Virus record (IMG/VR): IMGVR_UViG_3300050821_010639
Coordinates: 88,047 to 152,046 of that record
Source of the DNA: a virus
Reading direction: 5' to 3' (one strand)
DNA length: 64,000 nucleotides
Part shown: piece by piece, positions 40,506-49,910 of the stretch
Layout: every line of letters starts with the position of its first letter
Position numbering within the stretch: the stretch's first letter is position 1
The notes under the pieces: generated by a model
The model's input: the letters and a program-made list of their open reading frames with translations, nothing else
Database searches by the model: none
Told to the model about the DNA's origin: nothing
Translations under genes and position numbers: made by a program

Positions 40506-40638
40506 GCGGTCCTCACAGGGACTCTCGGGGTCAGTTGTCCGAGCAATCGGCGAACAACGCGAAACGGCACGCTAGTCGCCGCCAGCGTACCGTTTCGTCT
40601 CTGTGTTCAGGAGGTACTCGTGCTATACCTCAGTCAAG

Positions 40639-40872
40639 CTACGGGTGCCCGCCCGCGTTGTCCTTCAGGTCCGGGTTCTTCTGCTGCTCTTCCAGGGCCT
40701 CGCCGCCGGTTACCAGGTTGTCCGGCTGCTCGGGCTTCTCCTCGGCCGGGTCGACCCCGGCCTCCGGCTGCCCCTGGGCCGTGCCCGCCGTGCCCGGCTG
40801 CGGCTCGGCCTCCACGGAGTCGCCGGCCGCGGCCTCGTCGCGAAGGGTCCTCTTGCGGTGCTTGCCCGCCAC
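40639..40872 (-). CDS. Small acidic protein
   Basis: Abuts the tail tube stop. Confidence 0.55.
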   Translation of the reverse strand: MAGKHRKRTLRDEAAAGDSVEAEPQPGTAGTAQGQPEAGVDPAEEKPEQPDNLVTGGEALEEQQKNPDLKDNAGGHP

Positions 40873-41532
40873 CTAGACCACCGTCCCGCCGCCGGCCCCG
40901 AAGGGCTCGGGCACGAACGCCCCGGTCTCGGTGCCCGGCATGGACACCAGGCGACCGATCGCGTTGCCGGCCGAGCCGGAGGTGCCGCCGTAGGCGGACG
41001 GCAGCGACACGCCGACCTCGTTGACCGTGGAGAACAGCGCGCGGCCCGCGATGCTGCAGCTCAGGCCGGTCTTGTACGACGGGCCGGTGAAGTTGAACGG
41101 CTGGAACTGCACGCGGTACAGGATGAAGTCCAGTGTCCGGATCTGCCCGCCGGCGTCCTTGGACGGCACCCGGATGGCCAGCGGCTGGGTGACCTGGTTC
41201 ATGCTCGCCAGGGTCCACAGCGGGATGGCGTAGTAGTCCGCGCCCGCGGCGCCGCTGGAAGTCACCGTCGTGCCGGTGATGTACGCGATAGTCGAGAAGG
41301 GGATGTACCCCTCCTCAATGGTCACGTTGGCGAAGTTGATCCAGAAGTGCTCGGAGAGGACGACGTCGTCGCCGGTGTTCTCGAAGTTGCCCTGGTCAGT
41401 GGAAATCGTGCCGTTGCGAACGCCGTAGACAGTCGCGCCCTCAGCCCCGGTCGAGCCGTTCAGGATGGCGGCGTGGCTGAGGGAGAAGCCCTCGAACGGC
41501 GTGCCCGCAAAGGTGTTGCTGGCGGTGGGCAT
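40873..41532 (-). CDS. Major tail (tube) protein
   Basis: Position before the chaperone; size and beta-rich composition. Confidence 0.8.
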   Translation of the reverse strand: MPTASNTFAGTPFEGFSLSHAAILNGSTGAEGATVYGVRNGTISTDQGNFENTGDDVVLSEHFWINFANVTIEEGYIPFSTIAYITGTTVTSSGAAGADYYAIPLWTLASMNQVTQPLAIRVPSKDAGGQIRTLDFILYRVQFQPFNFTGPSYKTGLSCSIAGRALFSTVNEVGVSLPSAYGGTSGSAGNAIGRLVSMPGTETGAFVPEPFGAGGGTVV

Positions 41533-41586
41533 AGTCTCGGGCCCTCTCCTGCTAGGCGGCGAACCTCGCAGGCCTAATCGGCTCGG

Positions 41587-42138
41587 CTACTTGTAAGCCT
41601 GGGTGCAGTTGACCGGCGCGAACGTGAGGTCCACGAAGGCGAGGAACTTCTGCTCCCCGGCCTTCTGCGCCGCGGTCTTCGGCGGCCCCGTGAGCTGGAA
41701 GATGTACTGCCAGAGCTGGCGCTGCTCAGCCCGGGTGTCGTTGCTGCTCGCGCAGTTGGCCAGCTGGGAGGCGTGCAGGGTCTCGCCCTGGGACAGGGCA
41801 CTCAGCGTCAGCAGGGTGACCACGACCGTGAGCACCACGTCGAGCACGATGGACACGCCCAGCCCGACGGCCAGCTGCCGGGTGCGGCGGCCGGCGGCCC
41901 GGTCGGCGACCTGGGCCGCCGTTACCGCCTGGAGGCCGCTGGTAACCAGCCCCAGGGCCATGCCCAGGGTCTCCAGGCGGGCCATGATCCCCGCCAGTGC
42001 CTCCTCCGACAGCATCACGGGCACGACCGCCTGCGGAACGTCTTCCGGCACTTCCTCAGGCGGAGCCTGGCCGACTGGCTCGAACTGCCCGGAGGCCGGG
42101 TTGTAGTTCAGCGGACCCTCTTCACCCGAGCTGTTCAT
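41587..42138 (-). CDS. Membrane protein (lysis cassette)
   Basis: TM helix LAVGLGVSIVLDVVLTVVV. Confidence 0.65.
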   Translation of the reverse strand: MNSSGEEGPLNYNPASGQFEPVGQAPPEEVPEDVPQAVVPVMLSEEALAGIMARLETLGMALGLVTSGLQAVTAAQVADRAAGRRTRQLAVGLGVSIVLDVVLTVVVTLLTLSALSQGETLHASQLANCASSNDTRAEQRQLWQYIFQLTGPPKTAAQKAGEQKFLAFVDLTFAPVNCTQAYK

Positions 42139-42304
42139 TGCCTTCTTCCTGGGCTCCGGCCTGGGCAGCGCCCAGAACCTGCTTCATCGTGAGGACGGTG
42201 GTGTTCAGGTCCGCGACAAGCTGCTCAGCGCGCAGCACCAGGGCATCGATCCGCTCGTCCGCGGCAGCCATGTCACGGCCCCGTTCCTCAGCCGTCATGC
42301 TCAC
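42122..42304 (-). CDS. Small coiled-coil protein
   Basis: Overlapping operon gene. Confidence 0.55.
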   Translation of the reverse strand: MSMTAEERGRDMAAADERIDALVLRAEQLVADLNTTVLTMKQVLGAAQAGAQEEGNEQLG

Positions 42305-42605
42305 CCTCCAGACGGGCCAGGCTCTGCTTGATCTGGTTCAGGGACTCGACAACGAGCGACAGCGCCGGCAGTACCTGCGAGGACTGCGACTCGATGAGGC
42401 GATCACGCTGCTCAATCGCCCGGTCCCGCTCCCGCTCCAGCTCCTGGCGCATCTTCTGCGCCTGGTCCCACAAGACGTCGGCCTCACTGGTCCGGACACT
42501 GCCGGCGGTCGTCCGCCGCCGCATCAGGTACGTGACAAGCCCGCTAGCCAGTCCCGCGCCGAACGCGGCCACGCTGGCAAGGGCGGCAATAGTCCCCGCG
42601 TCCAC
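42288..42605 (-). CDS. N-terminal TM plus coiled-coil protein (holin-adjacent type)
   Basis: TM helix followed by a coiled coil. Confidence 0.7.
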   Translation of the reverse strand: MDAGTIAALASVAAFGAGLASGLVTYLMRRRTTAGSVRTSEADVLWDQAQKMRQELERERDRAIEQRDRLIESQSSQVLPALSLVVESLNQIKQSLARLEGEHDG

Positions 42606-42616
42606 GAAGTGCGCTC

Positions 42617-43282
42617 CTACTTGCTGACGACCACGACGACGATGACGGCGGCCACGGAGATGACCACGGCCAGCAGCTGGAGGACCAGTCCCGTGTTCAG
42701 CCGCTGCTCGGTGCCATGCCGGCCGGCCCCGACGTCCTGGCCCTCGCCCCGGTCGATGCGCTCCTTCAGCTCAGCCAGCCGGTCACCGAACGTGTCCCCC
42801 AGTGCCTTGATCTGGGCCAGGAGAAGGTCGATCTGCTTGGTGAAGCTCAGCTCGGTCTTGTCCGCGGCCTTCGCCGCCGCCTGGGCCTGCTCGAACACTG
42901 CCTCCTTGGCGGCTTGCAGGGCCGCCGCCAGCGCGCTGGCGCTGGCGGTAGCCGCCTGGTCGGTCCGGACGTCCCGCTCACTGAACTGCTGGGCGATGCT
43001 GCTGAACCGCTCGTCAACCGTCGCCGAGCGGTCAGCGAGCTGCTGCTGCACGCTGGTGAACCGCTCGTCGTAGACCTCGCGGATGCCGGTCACCGCCGTC
43101 TGGATGGCGGTCGGGGTCCGGTTGACCGTCTCGGACAGCACCTGGGCGGCCCTGTCCATGGCATTCAGCCGGGTCTCGAAGATCTCGCGCAGCGACGACA
43201 GCTCGCGGAGCAGCTGCTGGGTGGTCAGCAGGGTCGGGTCGGGTCGCGGCGTCCAGTCGCGCGGCTCCTGCGGTACGGTCAT
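42617..43282 (-). CDS. Coiled-coil protein with C-terminal TM anchor
   Basis: Heptad pattern; hydrophobic C-terminus. Confidence 0.7.
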   Translation of the reverse strand: MTVPQEPRDWTPRPDPTLLTTQQLLRELSSLREIFETRLNAMDRAAQVLSETVNRTPTAIQTAVTGIREVYDERFTSVQQQLADRSATVDERFSSIAQQFSERDVRTDQAATASASALAAALQAAKEAVFEQAQAAAKAADKTELSFTKQIDLLLAQIKALGDTFGDRLAELKERIDRGEGQDVGAGRHGTEQRLNTGLVLQLLAVVISVAAVIVVVVVSK

Positions 43283-43294
43283 GCACGGCCCCGG

Positions 43295-44092
43295 CTAGAC
43301 GCCTGACATGTCCGCGAGCAGCTGCTGCAGGTCCAGGCCCTCCACGGTGGTGCCGTTAGCGGTCAGCCAGTCCTGCGTGACCACCGCCCACGCCTCCTCG
43401 GCCGCGTGCGCCTGGAAGCTGACAGTGGCAGGCTGCAGGGCTCCCCAGGTGACGTACTCCAGCGGGGCCTTGCCCGAGCCGAGGCGGCGCTGCAGGCAGA
43501 TGGCGTGCCCGCCGATGACCTCGCCGCCGCGCTTCCACGTCCACGGCTGCTGGTCGGAGAACTCGGTCTCCATCTGCTGCTGCACGTTGATGCCGACGTA
43601 CACCGTGCCGAACACGTCGAGCACCTGGCCGAGCAGGGTCTCGTCCGCCGGGTTGCCGAACGCCGCGTAGCCGGCCACCGTGTGCACCTTGCCGCTGGCG
43701 TCGGTGATGCCGGCTGACTGCTGGTCGGCGAGCACGTCCTACATGACGCAACCCTGGTCCGTGGACGGGTCACCGGGGACGTAGCCGCCCACCCGGGAGT
43801 ACACCGCCTGGATCTGGTCATCGGCGAACAGCGCCTCAGCGGCCCCCGCGTACGTGGACCACGCGCCGTACATGTGGCCGACGGCGGCGATGGCGCAGTC
43901 CTCAAGCTGGTCGTTGAGGTACATGGGCCAGGACGTCACCGCGCTGGCCCGGTCGACGTCCGTGGCCAGCGGCACCGGCGGCAGCCCGGCCGCGCTGAGC
44001 GCGACCCGCGGGTCCAGGTACTTCTCCAGCGTCAGCCGGGGCCGGGCGGGGTCCGGGTGCCGGCGTCCGTACTTGCCTGCCTGCCGTGGCAT
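43295..44092 (-). pseudogene. Papain-like cysteine peptidase interrupted by one in-frame TAG (43741-43739)
   Basis: LNDQLEDCAIAA...GGHAI...VTWG read in a single frame across GCVM*DVLAD. Confidence 0.75.
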
Positions 44093-44149
44093 GCTGCCTC
44101 CTGCGTGACGAAGGGCGAGCCCAAGACCCTGGCTCGCCCTTCCGATCGG

Positions 44150-44683
44150 TCACGCGGAGAAAGTCGGCTGACGCCGGTTGTGCGCTTGCGTCAGCCAGTC
44201 AGCCCAGCGAAGGTTGCCGGGCTCATAGTTACCGTCGTTGTCGATGCGGTCCAGTGTCATGCCCTCGGGCCGGGGCCCGAGGTTCTGCTCGATGTACTCG
44301 ATGAACGCCCCGGCGTCATGCCGCCACGGCTCCCAAACACTGATGCCACGGGCTCCGTACCAGCGGTAATTGTGCGCGTTCGGGTCGTAGCAGCGCTTAT
44401 TGATGCGCAGCCAGAGCCGGTAGAGCGGGTCCTTGTCGCCTGCTGCCCGGCCGTGCGTCGTGAGGGTGCGCTGTGCCAAAGTCGCTACCTGCTCGCGCTT
44501 GAGGCAGCCACAGCTCTGCGACTTACCGTTGCGCAAAGCGAATACGAGAACGTCCTGATGGGTGCCACACTCGCAAACACAAGGGACAACGCGGTGACTG
44601 GCATCTCTCAAGAAGGATTCGCCGGCCACTGCCCAGCGCCCGAAGTGCATGCCGACTGGAAGAGGGGGAAGAGGCTTGCTCAC
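44150..44683 (-). CDS. HNH homing-type endonuclease
   Basis: CVCECG...SQSCGC...YGARGISV...TLDRIDNDGNYEPGNLRWA; leaderless TAAACT-N6-GTG. Confidence 0.9.
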   Translation of the reverse strand: MSKPLPPLPVGMHFGRWAVAGESFLRDASHRVVPCVCECGTHQDVLVFALRNGKSQSCGCLKREQVATLAQRTLTTHGRAAGDKDPLYRLWLRINKRCYDPNAHNYRWYGARGISVWEPWRHDAGAFIEYIEQNLGPRPEGMTLDRIDNDGNYEPGNLRWADWLTQAHNRRQPTFSA

Positions 44684-44702
44684 GCCCCCAGTTTAGCATG
44701 CG

Positions 44703-45275
44703 TCAAGGGGTACACCCATCGTATGGGGCCCAGTCGCTGTAGCCGTCCTGCGCCACCGTGTTGGCGTAGACCTGGTTCTGCTCGGCGACCGACGCGTTGC
44801 CGAAGTCGGCCGGAGCGCCGCCGTGCGCGGACCAGGTGGCCGCACTAAATTGGTACAGGCCCCAGTGGCCAGAGGCGTTCCAGGCGTCAGGGTTGCCGCC
44901 GGACTCGCGGGCGATGATGCACGCCTGCATCGAGCCGACCGTGCCGGATACCGAGGTCACCGCGGGCGCGCTCGCCGGCTGCTGCGGAGCCGGGGCCTGC
45001 GCCGCGCTGGCGTGCGAGACGTAGTGAACCGGCGAACTAGGCGGCGAACTGCCCGGCGAGTTCCCCATCAGCCCGTACCGGCTGGCGATGGCCTGGGCGG
45101 CGGCCTGGCAGGCGACCTTGAACACCTGCCCGGCGTAGATGAGGTCCGGGTTGGCGACGTTGTTGTTGTAGGCCAGGGCGAAGTAGTCGCCCGGGTCCCC
45201 GCAAGCGCGCCCGGCGATGGCCGACAGCGTGTCGCCGGGGCGGACGGTAACGGTGGCAGGCGGAAGTGCGTGCAT
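44703..45275 (-). CDS. LysM plus Rpf-like transglycosylase
   Basis: VTVRPGDTLSAIA...NPDLIYAGQ; CIIARESGGN...GLYQF...TW...A..AEQ. Confidence 0.9.
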   Translation of the reverse strand: MHALPPATVTVRPGDTLSAIAGRACGDPGDYFALAYNNNVANPDLIYAGQVFKVACQAAAQAIASRYGLMGNSPGSSPPSSPVHYVSHASAAQAPAPQQPASAPAVTSVSGTVGSMQACIIARESGGNPDAWNASGHWGLYQFSAATWSAHGGAPADFGNASVAEQNQVYANTVAQDGYSDWAPYDGCTP

Positions 45276-45437
45276 GGGTGTCTCCCGGCCAGGCGGCGCG
45301 CGCCGGTGCCGGCTCCCCTCCGGCGGTGCGCCCCGGGGTCAGGGGAGGCGCGAGCGCTCAGCCGCCGGGCTTACTGGCGGTCAGGTGCGGATCAGGTGAC
45401 GGTAACACCATGACCAGCACGAGCGCTCAGGAACGCG

Positions 45438-46031
45438 CTAAGCCGCCCGCACCAGGCTGAGCCGTGCCTGCAGCAGGCCGGACAGGTCGCCCGGCTTGAC
45501 GTAGCCTGTCCAGCGCTTGTCGTCAAAGAGCTGCACGCCGTTGAGCCGGTAGGCCGCGTCGACGTACTGCGAGCAGATCATCCGGTTAGTCGACTCGATG
45601 TACCCGCGCAGGCCGGGCGCCGGGACGCGCAGCATGTGCAGCACCAGCGCGCCGTAGTCGGCGAACGAGTAGCCGGTGTCCTGGTGGCTCACCGCCCAGG
45701 CGGTGATGCCGGTCCGCTGGGTGCCGGTCAGGTCGATGAGCCCGGACGACCACAGCGAGCCGGGCAGCTCCCAGGCGGGGCACGGCAGGGCGCGCTTGCC
45801 AGGGCCGCTCGGGTAGGTGCTGACCGTGTAGCCGAACGGCCCGGCCGCGTCGGCCTTGCCGATGTAGACCGTGGTGTGGTCGTAGAACTGGAAGCGGTCG
45901 CCGTCCAGCCACTGCCCGACGGTGATGCCGAGCCCGACAGGGCCGCTGACCGGGACGCAGCAGAAGTCACCGGGCCGGGGCCGGGACACCGCGATGGGGG
46001 CAGGCCAGCCGGCTACGGCGCGGTAGTGCAC
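45438..46031 (-). CDS. Permuted NlpC/P60 (YiiX/YebB-like) peptidase/amidase
   Basis: RPGD...YDHT..Y...GYSF...ICSQYVDAAY...PGDL. Confidence 0.8.
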   Translation of the reverse strand: MHYRAVAGWPAPIAVSRPRPGDFCCVPVSGPVGLGITVGQWLDGDRFQFYDHTTVYIGKADAAGPFGYTVSTYPSGPGKRALPCPAWELPGSLWSSGLIDLTGTQRTGITAWAVSHQDTGYSFADYGALVLHMLRVPAPGLRGYIESTNRMICSQYVDAAYRLNGVQLFDDKRWTGYVKPGDLSGLLQARLSLVRAA

Positions 46032-46037
46032 GCGCGG

Positions 46038-46292
46038 CTAATCGGACTGCTTCCGGTGCACCTCCAGCAGCCACTCGATGCCGGCCGTGTGCCCCATGAT
46101 GTCCTCGCAGGCACCGCCTGACTCAGGGAAGCAGCGGTGGTACAGGTGACGGCGCAGCCGCCTGGTCCGGCCGATGACGACGCTGCCCTCGGCGTGCGGC
46201 CGGCCTAGCCAGATGACGTACCACTCAGCCGGCCGCTCCTTGCCCTGGGCCTCACGGTGCACGCCGGCCGGGGTGAACCGCATTCCGCCCAA
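46038..46292 (-). CDS. Hypothetical protein
   Basis: Fills the gap; start uncertain. Confidence 0.55.
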   Translation of the reverse strand: MGGMRFTPAGVHREAQGKERPAEWYVIWLGRPHAEGSVVIGRTRRLRRHLYHRCFPESGGACEDIMGHTAGIEWLLEVHRKQSD

Positions 46293-46682
46293 CTAGCCAG
46301 CCTGCCTCAGGTGCGCCTCGTAGTCGGCGATGAGCCTCTTGGGGTAGTAGAGCTGCCTCGGCCGCCCGTTCTTCCCGGTCGTCCAGTGCTCCTCGGCACG
46401 GCCGACGGAGGCCGCCCACTCGCGCAGCCCGGCGTAGAACTCACGGGCCTGCGCCGAGCCCGGCTTGCCGTGGCTGGCCAGGGCGTCCGGCGCCTGCCCG
46501 GCTTCCAGCCAGGGGGCGAGCACCTTGTCTAGTTCCTCGCCGTGCTCGCCGGTCAGGTCAAGCCGGACATGCTGGACACCGCGTTTCGTCCTGTACGTCA
46601 GCTCCACCTGCACGTCGGAGGCGACCCGCTCCCCCGCCCTCGCGTGCAGGTCGTCCCAGAGCTTGACCAGGATCTCTTGCAT
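46293..46682 (-). CDS. Lsr2-like nucleoid/DNA-binding protein
   Basis: VKLWDDL...LDLT.EH.EEL...LAPWLEAG; LREWA...GR...LIADYEA. Confidence 0.8.
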   Translation of the reverse strand: MQEILVKLWDDLHARAGERVASDVQVELTYRTKRGVQHVRLDLTGEHGEELDKVLAPWLEAGQAPDALASHGKPGSAQAREFYAGLREWAASVGRAEEHWTTGKNGRPRQLYYPKRLIADYEAHLRQAG

Positions 46683-47143
46683 CAGGCACCCCGGAACTGG
46701 ACGGGGGCGACCGGCGGGCGCTCGGGTTCAGCCTCGTCGGTGAGCCCGGTAATTGCCCTGCCCATGAAGGCGGTCAGTTGTGCCTGCCCGCGGCGGCACC
46801 GCTCGTCGCGCATGACCCGGCTGCCGCGCGGCTGGCTCATGGGCATCCGCACCCAGTTCTGGCCGTAAACGATGCCCGACTTCAGGAACCCGTCGACCCC
46901 GCCGCCCGGGTGCGTGTAGGTAACCCGGGTCGCCGCCATGCAGGCCAGGCACGGCTCCATCATCTTGTACCGGCCCTCGCTCGCGAACATCACGCTGACG
47001 CCCCGGGGGATCTCGGACGGCGGCTCCCAGTCATCGAGCGCGAACTTATGGTGCCCGGCCCGGCACCGGACCTGCTTGATGGGGATATCTCCCGGGTCAT
47101 TGCCCTCGGTCCCCCCGACTACGCTCAGCCTTCGGTCGTTCAT
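46682..47143 (-). CDS. Hypothetical Zn-binding protein
   Basis: CR..HH...CLAC; GGAGGTG RBS. Confidence 0.7.
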   Translation of the reverse strand: MNDRRLSVVGGTEGNDPGDIPIKQVRCRAGHHKFALDDWEPPSEIPRGVSVMFASEGRYKMMEPCLACMAATRVTYTHPGGGVDGFLKSGIVYGQNWVRMPMSQPRGSRVMRDERCRRGQAQLTAFMGRAITGLTDEAEPERPPVAPVQFRGA

Positions 47144-47173
47144 TAAATCTCACCTCCGGTGGTGAGGCTACCG

Positions 47174-47440
47174 CTATATCACCTCGCCGTCAGTCAGTGT
47201 CGCCACCAGAGTTCCCGTCAGGTCGAACCTGTGCAGCACGCGACTGACGCTGACGCCGCGCTTGCGGAGCCGCCCCCGGCAGTCGTCGCAGGGCAGCTCG
47301 ATGAGGTTGTCCGGGTGCACGAACGAGGGCGACTCACCCAGGACGATCAGCTTCATCAGCAGCTTGCCCGGCGGGCAGTCGCCGTTCGGGAGCGGCACCG
47401 TGGCCGGGCACCGGACCTCGATCTCCTCCACTGCCGTCAC
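47174..47440 (-). CDS. Small Cys-rich protein
   Basis: EVRCP...NLIELPCDDC; GTGA coupling. Confidence 0.7.
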   Translation of the reverse strand: MTAVEEIEVRCPATVPLPNGDCPPGKLLMKLIVLGESPSFVHPDNLIELPCDDCRGRLRKRGVSVSRVLHRFDLTGTLVATLTDGEVI

Positions 47441-48654
47441 TGGCGCCAGCCGGGCAGCGCGCGCTCCGGGCCCGGCTCGGGCTCGCGGCGGCAGGCGAAC
47501 GCCAGGGCCGCCACCTCGGGCCCGGGGCCGGTCACCTGGTCGCCGATCCGGCGGAACAGGTTCTCCGCGACCACGCCCCAGTCGCACATCTGCGGGATGA
47601 TCCGCGCGGCCAGGTTCCCCTTCTCCCGGGCCTCCGCCCGGTGGGTGTAGATGTGCCAGATCACCTGCTTCAGGTGCTCCACGCTCACCCTGGCGTCGTG
47701 CGCGGCCCACGGCTTGTCCTCGAACGTCGGGGCCAGGGTGTAGTCCAGCGGGTAGGCGTAGTCGCCGTTCAGCCACTGCGTGTGGCCGCCGAAGTTGGTG
47801 GCGGCCACCACGCCGCCGGTGGTCATGAACTCCAGGGCCGGCAGGTTCTTGCCCTCGCCGCGGCTGGGGGCGAGCAGGCAGTGCCCGGCCGAGTAGAAGT
47901 CATCCAGCGTCGGCCGGTCGAACGCCTCCACGAACACCCGGATCTTGGTGTTCCTGAACGGCTCGTTCAGCTCGGGGAACAGCTTGCCGGGGGCGTTGGT
48001 GTGCAGCGCGAGAGTGGCCCCCTCGAAGTCCGCGCCCTTCTCGAACTTGAGCGCCTGGAACGCCTCGATCGCCGTCCACGGGCACTTCCGGTCATTCAGC
48101 GCGCCGTGCATGATGAACCCGAACCGCTCGCTGAACCAGTCGCGCTCGGCCTTCTTCCACTCGCCCGCGTCGTAGCCGCCTTGCAGCACGCCGCGGTGCA
48201 CCCTCGCCGGGATGTAGGGCTCCAGCGCGTCCAGGCTCACCTGGTCGTAGCCCAGCACCAGGTCGAACCAGCGCAGCGAGCTGCGCAGCTTAGACCGCTG
48301 GTCGCAGTGCGGCACCAGCCCGGATACGCCCTTGCCGTCCTTGCCCGGCCCGCCGGCGAACTCCCACATGGTCCAGGCCACCGCCACCCGCGCGCACTGG
48401 CGGGCCTCCGGCGTGATGAACAGGTGGCTCGGGTCCCAGTGGTTGATGAGCAAGTCGAACGGCGCGCGCAGCTCCTTGGCGAACAGCGGCAGCAGGTCGC
48501 GCGGGATGGGAGTGTCCAGCCAGACCGGCTGCAGGTAAACGTCGCAGCCCCAGCGGTGTAGCGCGCGGGCCAGCCCGTAACCGTCCCGGCCGTACCCGCT
48601 GTACTCGCTAAACGGGGACTTGATCAAGATTTTCAATGGCCGGTCGGCTGGCAC
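47437..48654 (-). CDS. GT-B (family 4-like) glycosyltransferase
   Basis: YSGYG, RK, FY...HCLLAPSRGEGKNLPALEFMTTG. Confidence 0.9.
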   Translation of the reverse strand: MPADRPLKILIKSPFSEYSGYGRDGYGLARALHRWGCDVYLQPVWLDTPIPRDLLPLFAKELRAPFDLLINHWDPSHLFITPEARQCARVAVAWTMWEFAGGPGKDGKGVSGLVPHCDQRSKLRSSLRWFDLVLGYDQVSLDALEPYIPARVHRGVLQGGYDAGEWKKAERDWFSERFGFIMHGALNDRKCPWTAIEAFQALKFEKGADFEGATLALHTNAPGKLFPELNEPFRNTKIRVFVEAFDRPTLDDFYSAGHCLLAPSRGEGKNLPALEFMTTGGVVAATNFGGHTQWLNGDYAYPLDYTLAPTFEDKPWAAHDARVSVEHLKQVIWHIYTHRAEAREKGNLAARIIPQMCDWGVVAENLFRRIGDQVTGPGPEVAALAFACRREPEPGPERALPGWRQ

Positions 48655-48723
48655 GGGCCCTCCCCCTCGCGGTTGCGGTTACCTCACCCGCCGCGCTGAC
48701 GATGATGACGCGGCCACGGGTAA

Positions 48724-49245
48724 CTATTCGGTCGCATCCGTCCAGCCGCTGTACTCCACCCCGTAGTAAGCCGTCCCGCGCAGCATCCAGTCGCCGTCGG
48801 CTACCGGCTGGAAGACGGGCTCAGTCAGCAACTGGCAGCCGATGGTGCACAGGTCGCCCCAGAACACCGCGTCCGGGTCGGTGCGCTGCAGCCGGAACTG
48901 AACGGCGTTGAACACCGCCATGCCGCGGTTGCCGGTGACAGAGGAGGACTCGCTGACGTTGGCAGAGGCGTCGCGCTGCGGGTCAATCCAGATGTCCAGG
49001 CGCAGCCGCCGGTAACGGGCGGTAGAGCCAGGCACCGGGACCTCCCAGCCGCCGAAGTCGGCGCACACGACGGCTGCGGCCGAGGTGCCCTCCATGACCT
49101 TGAGCACGCCCTGGTTCATGTCGCTGAACAGCCACGGCCTGCCGGCGAACCCGGGCGGGTCAGACAGCGGGTAGGAGCCGAGCAGGCTGATGACGTCGGT
49201 GAACTGGCTCAAGTAGCGAACTGAGCCGGTCGCTACGTCATCCAC
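48724..49245 (-). CDS. Putative tail terminator/completion protein
   Basis: Synteny and size. Confidence 0.55.
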   Translation of the reverse strand: MDDVATGSVRYLSQFTDVISLLGSYPLSDPPGFAGRPWLFSDMNQGVLKVMEGTSAAAVVCADFGGWEVPVPGSTARYRRLRLDIWIDPQRDASANVSESSSVTGNRGMAVFNAVQFRLQRTDPDAVFWGDLCTIGCQLLTEPVFQPVADGDWMLRGTAYYGVEYSGWTDATE

Positions 49246-49251
49246 GTGCCG

Positions 49252-49485
49252 CTAATCGGACGGCGGCCGGCAGGTGAACCCGCCGGCCGGGCCCCGCTCG
49301 GTGCCCGGCGGAAGAAACTCCAGCTCGTGCCCCTCTTCGGGGATGACGCCGAGCCGCCCGCACACCCGGCAGGTCACCAGCGTGCCGTGCGCGACCGCGT
49401 CCAGTCCGGGCAGCCCCGGGTCCGCGTACGGCCCGTAGCACATGCTGTACCCGTACAGCGGGTGGAAGACCTGCGCGTAGTCCAT
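49252..49485 (-). CDS. Small Cys-containing protein
   Basis: TGATG coupling; CRVC. Confidence 0.55.
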   Translation of the reverse strand: MDYAQVFHPLYGYSMCYGPYADPGLPGLDAVAHGTLVTCRVCGRLGVIPEEGHELEFLPPGTERGPAGGFTCRPPSD

Positions 49486-49910
49486 CAGTCGCCGCCGCTC
49501 TTCCACGGCAGGCCGGCCGACGGGGCCCTCCCGCCCTTGCCGCCGGTCACCCAGTTCCAGAACGCCTGCCGCACGCCCGCCTCGAACTCGTGGCCGCCGG
49601 GATCGAAGAAGTAGTGGCGGCCGGGCACGGGGTGGTGCCTGGTCGGGGCGTCGCCGCGCGCCAGCTCGAAGATGCCGGGGTTACGCGCGTAGTCGATTTC
49701 GCCTGTCCAGGTGTACTTGTCGAAGTGCGACTGCGGGTGACCGGACTCCAGCAGCCCCCCGGTGATGACGTGCACCCGGCGCTCGGTGATAGCGTAGCCG
49801 AGCATCAGCGCCGCTTCCATGTGGGCGATGGTCTGCGCGTCCGGGCCGCGGGCCAGCCGGTCCAGCTCCTCGCCCGCCCCGTCCAGGTAGACCGCGAAGT
49901 ACTCAGCCAT
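49485..49910 (-). CDS. Putative neck/tail-completion protein (HK97 gp10-like position)
   Basis: VHVITGGL..S motif; synteny. Confidence 0.6.
   Translation of the reverse strand: MAEYFAVYLDGAGEELDRLARGPDAQTIAHMEAALMLGYAITERRVHVITGGLLESGHPQSHFDKYTWTGEIDYARNPGIFELARGDAPTRHHPVPGRHYFFDPGGHEFEAGVRQAFWNWVTGGKGGRAPSAGLPWKSGGD

Noticed and set aside
43739-43741. Genome-wide TAG reassignment
   Set aside because: Many clear genes (capsid, tail tube, decoration, GntR) end in TAG; there is only one internal case.
45276-45430. c-di-AMP (ydaO) riboswitch upstream of the Rpf-like gene
   Set aside because: The context fits, but I could not match the conserved core by eye; needs an Rfam scan.
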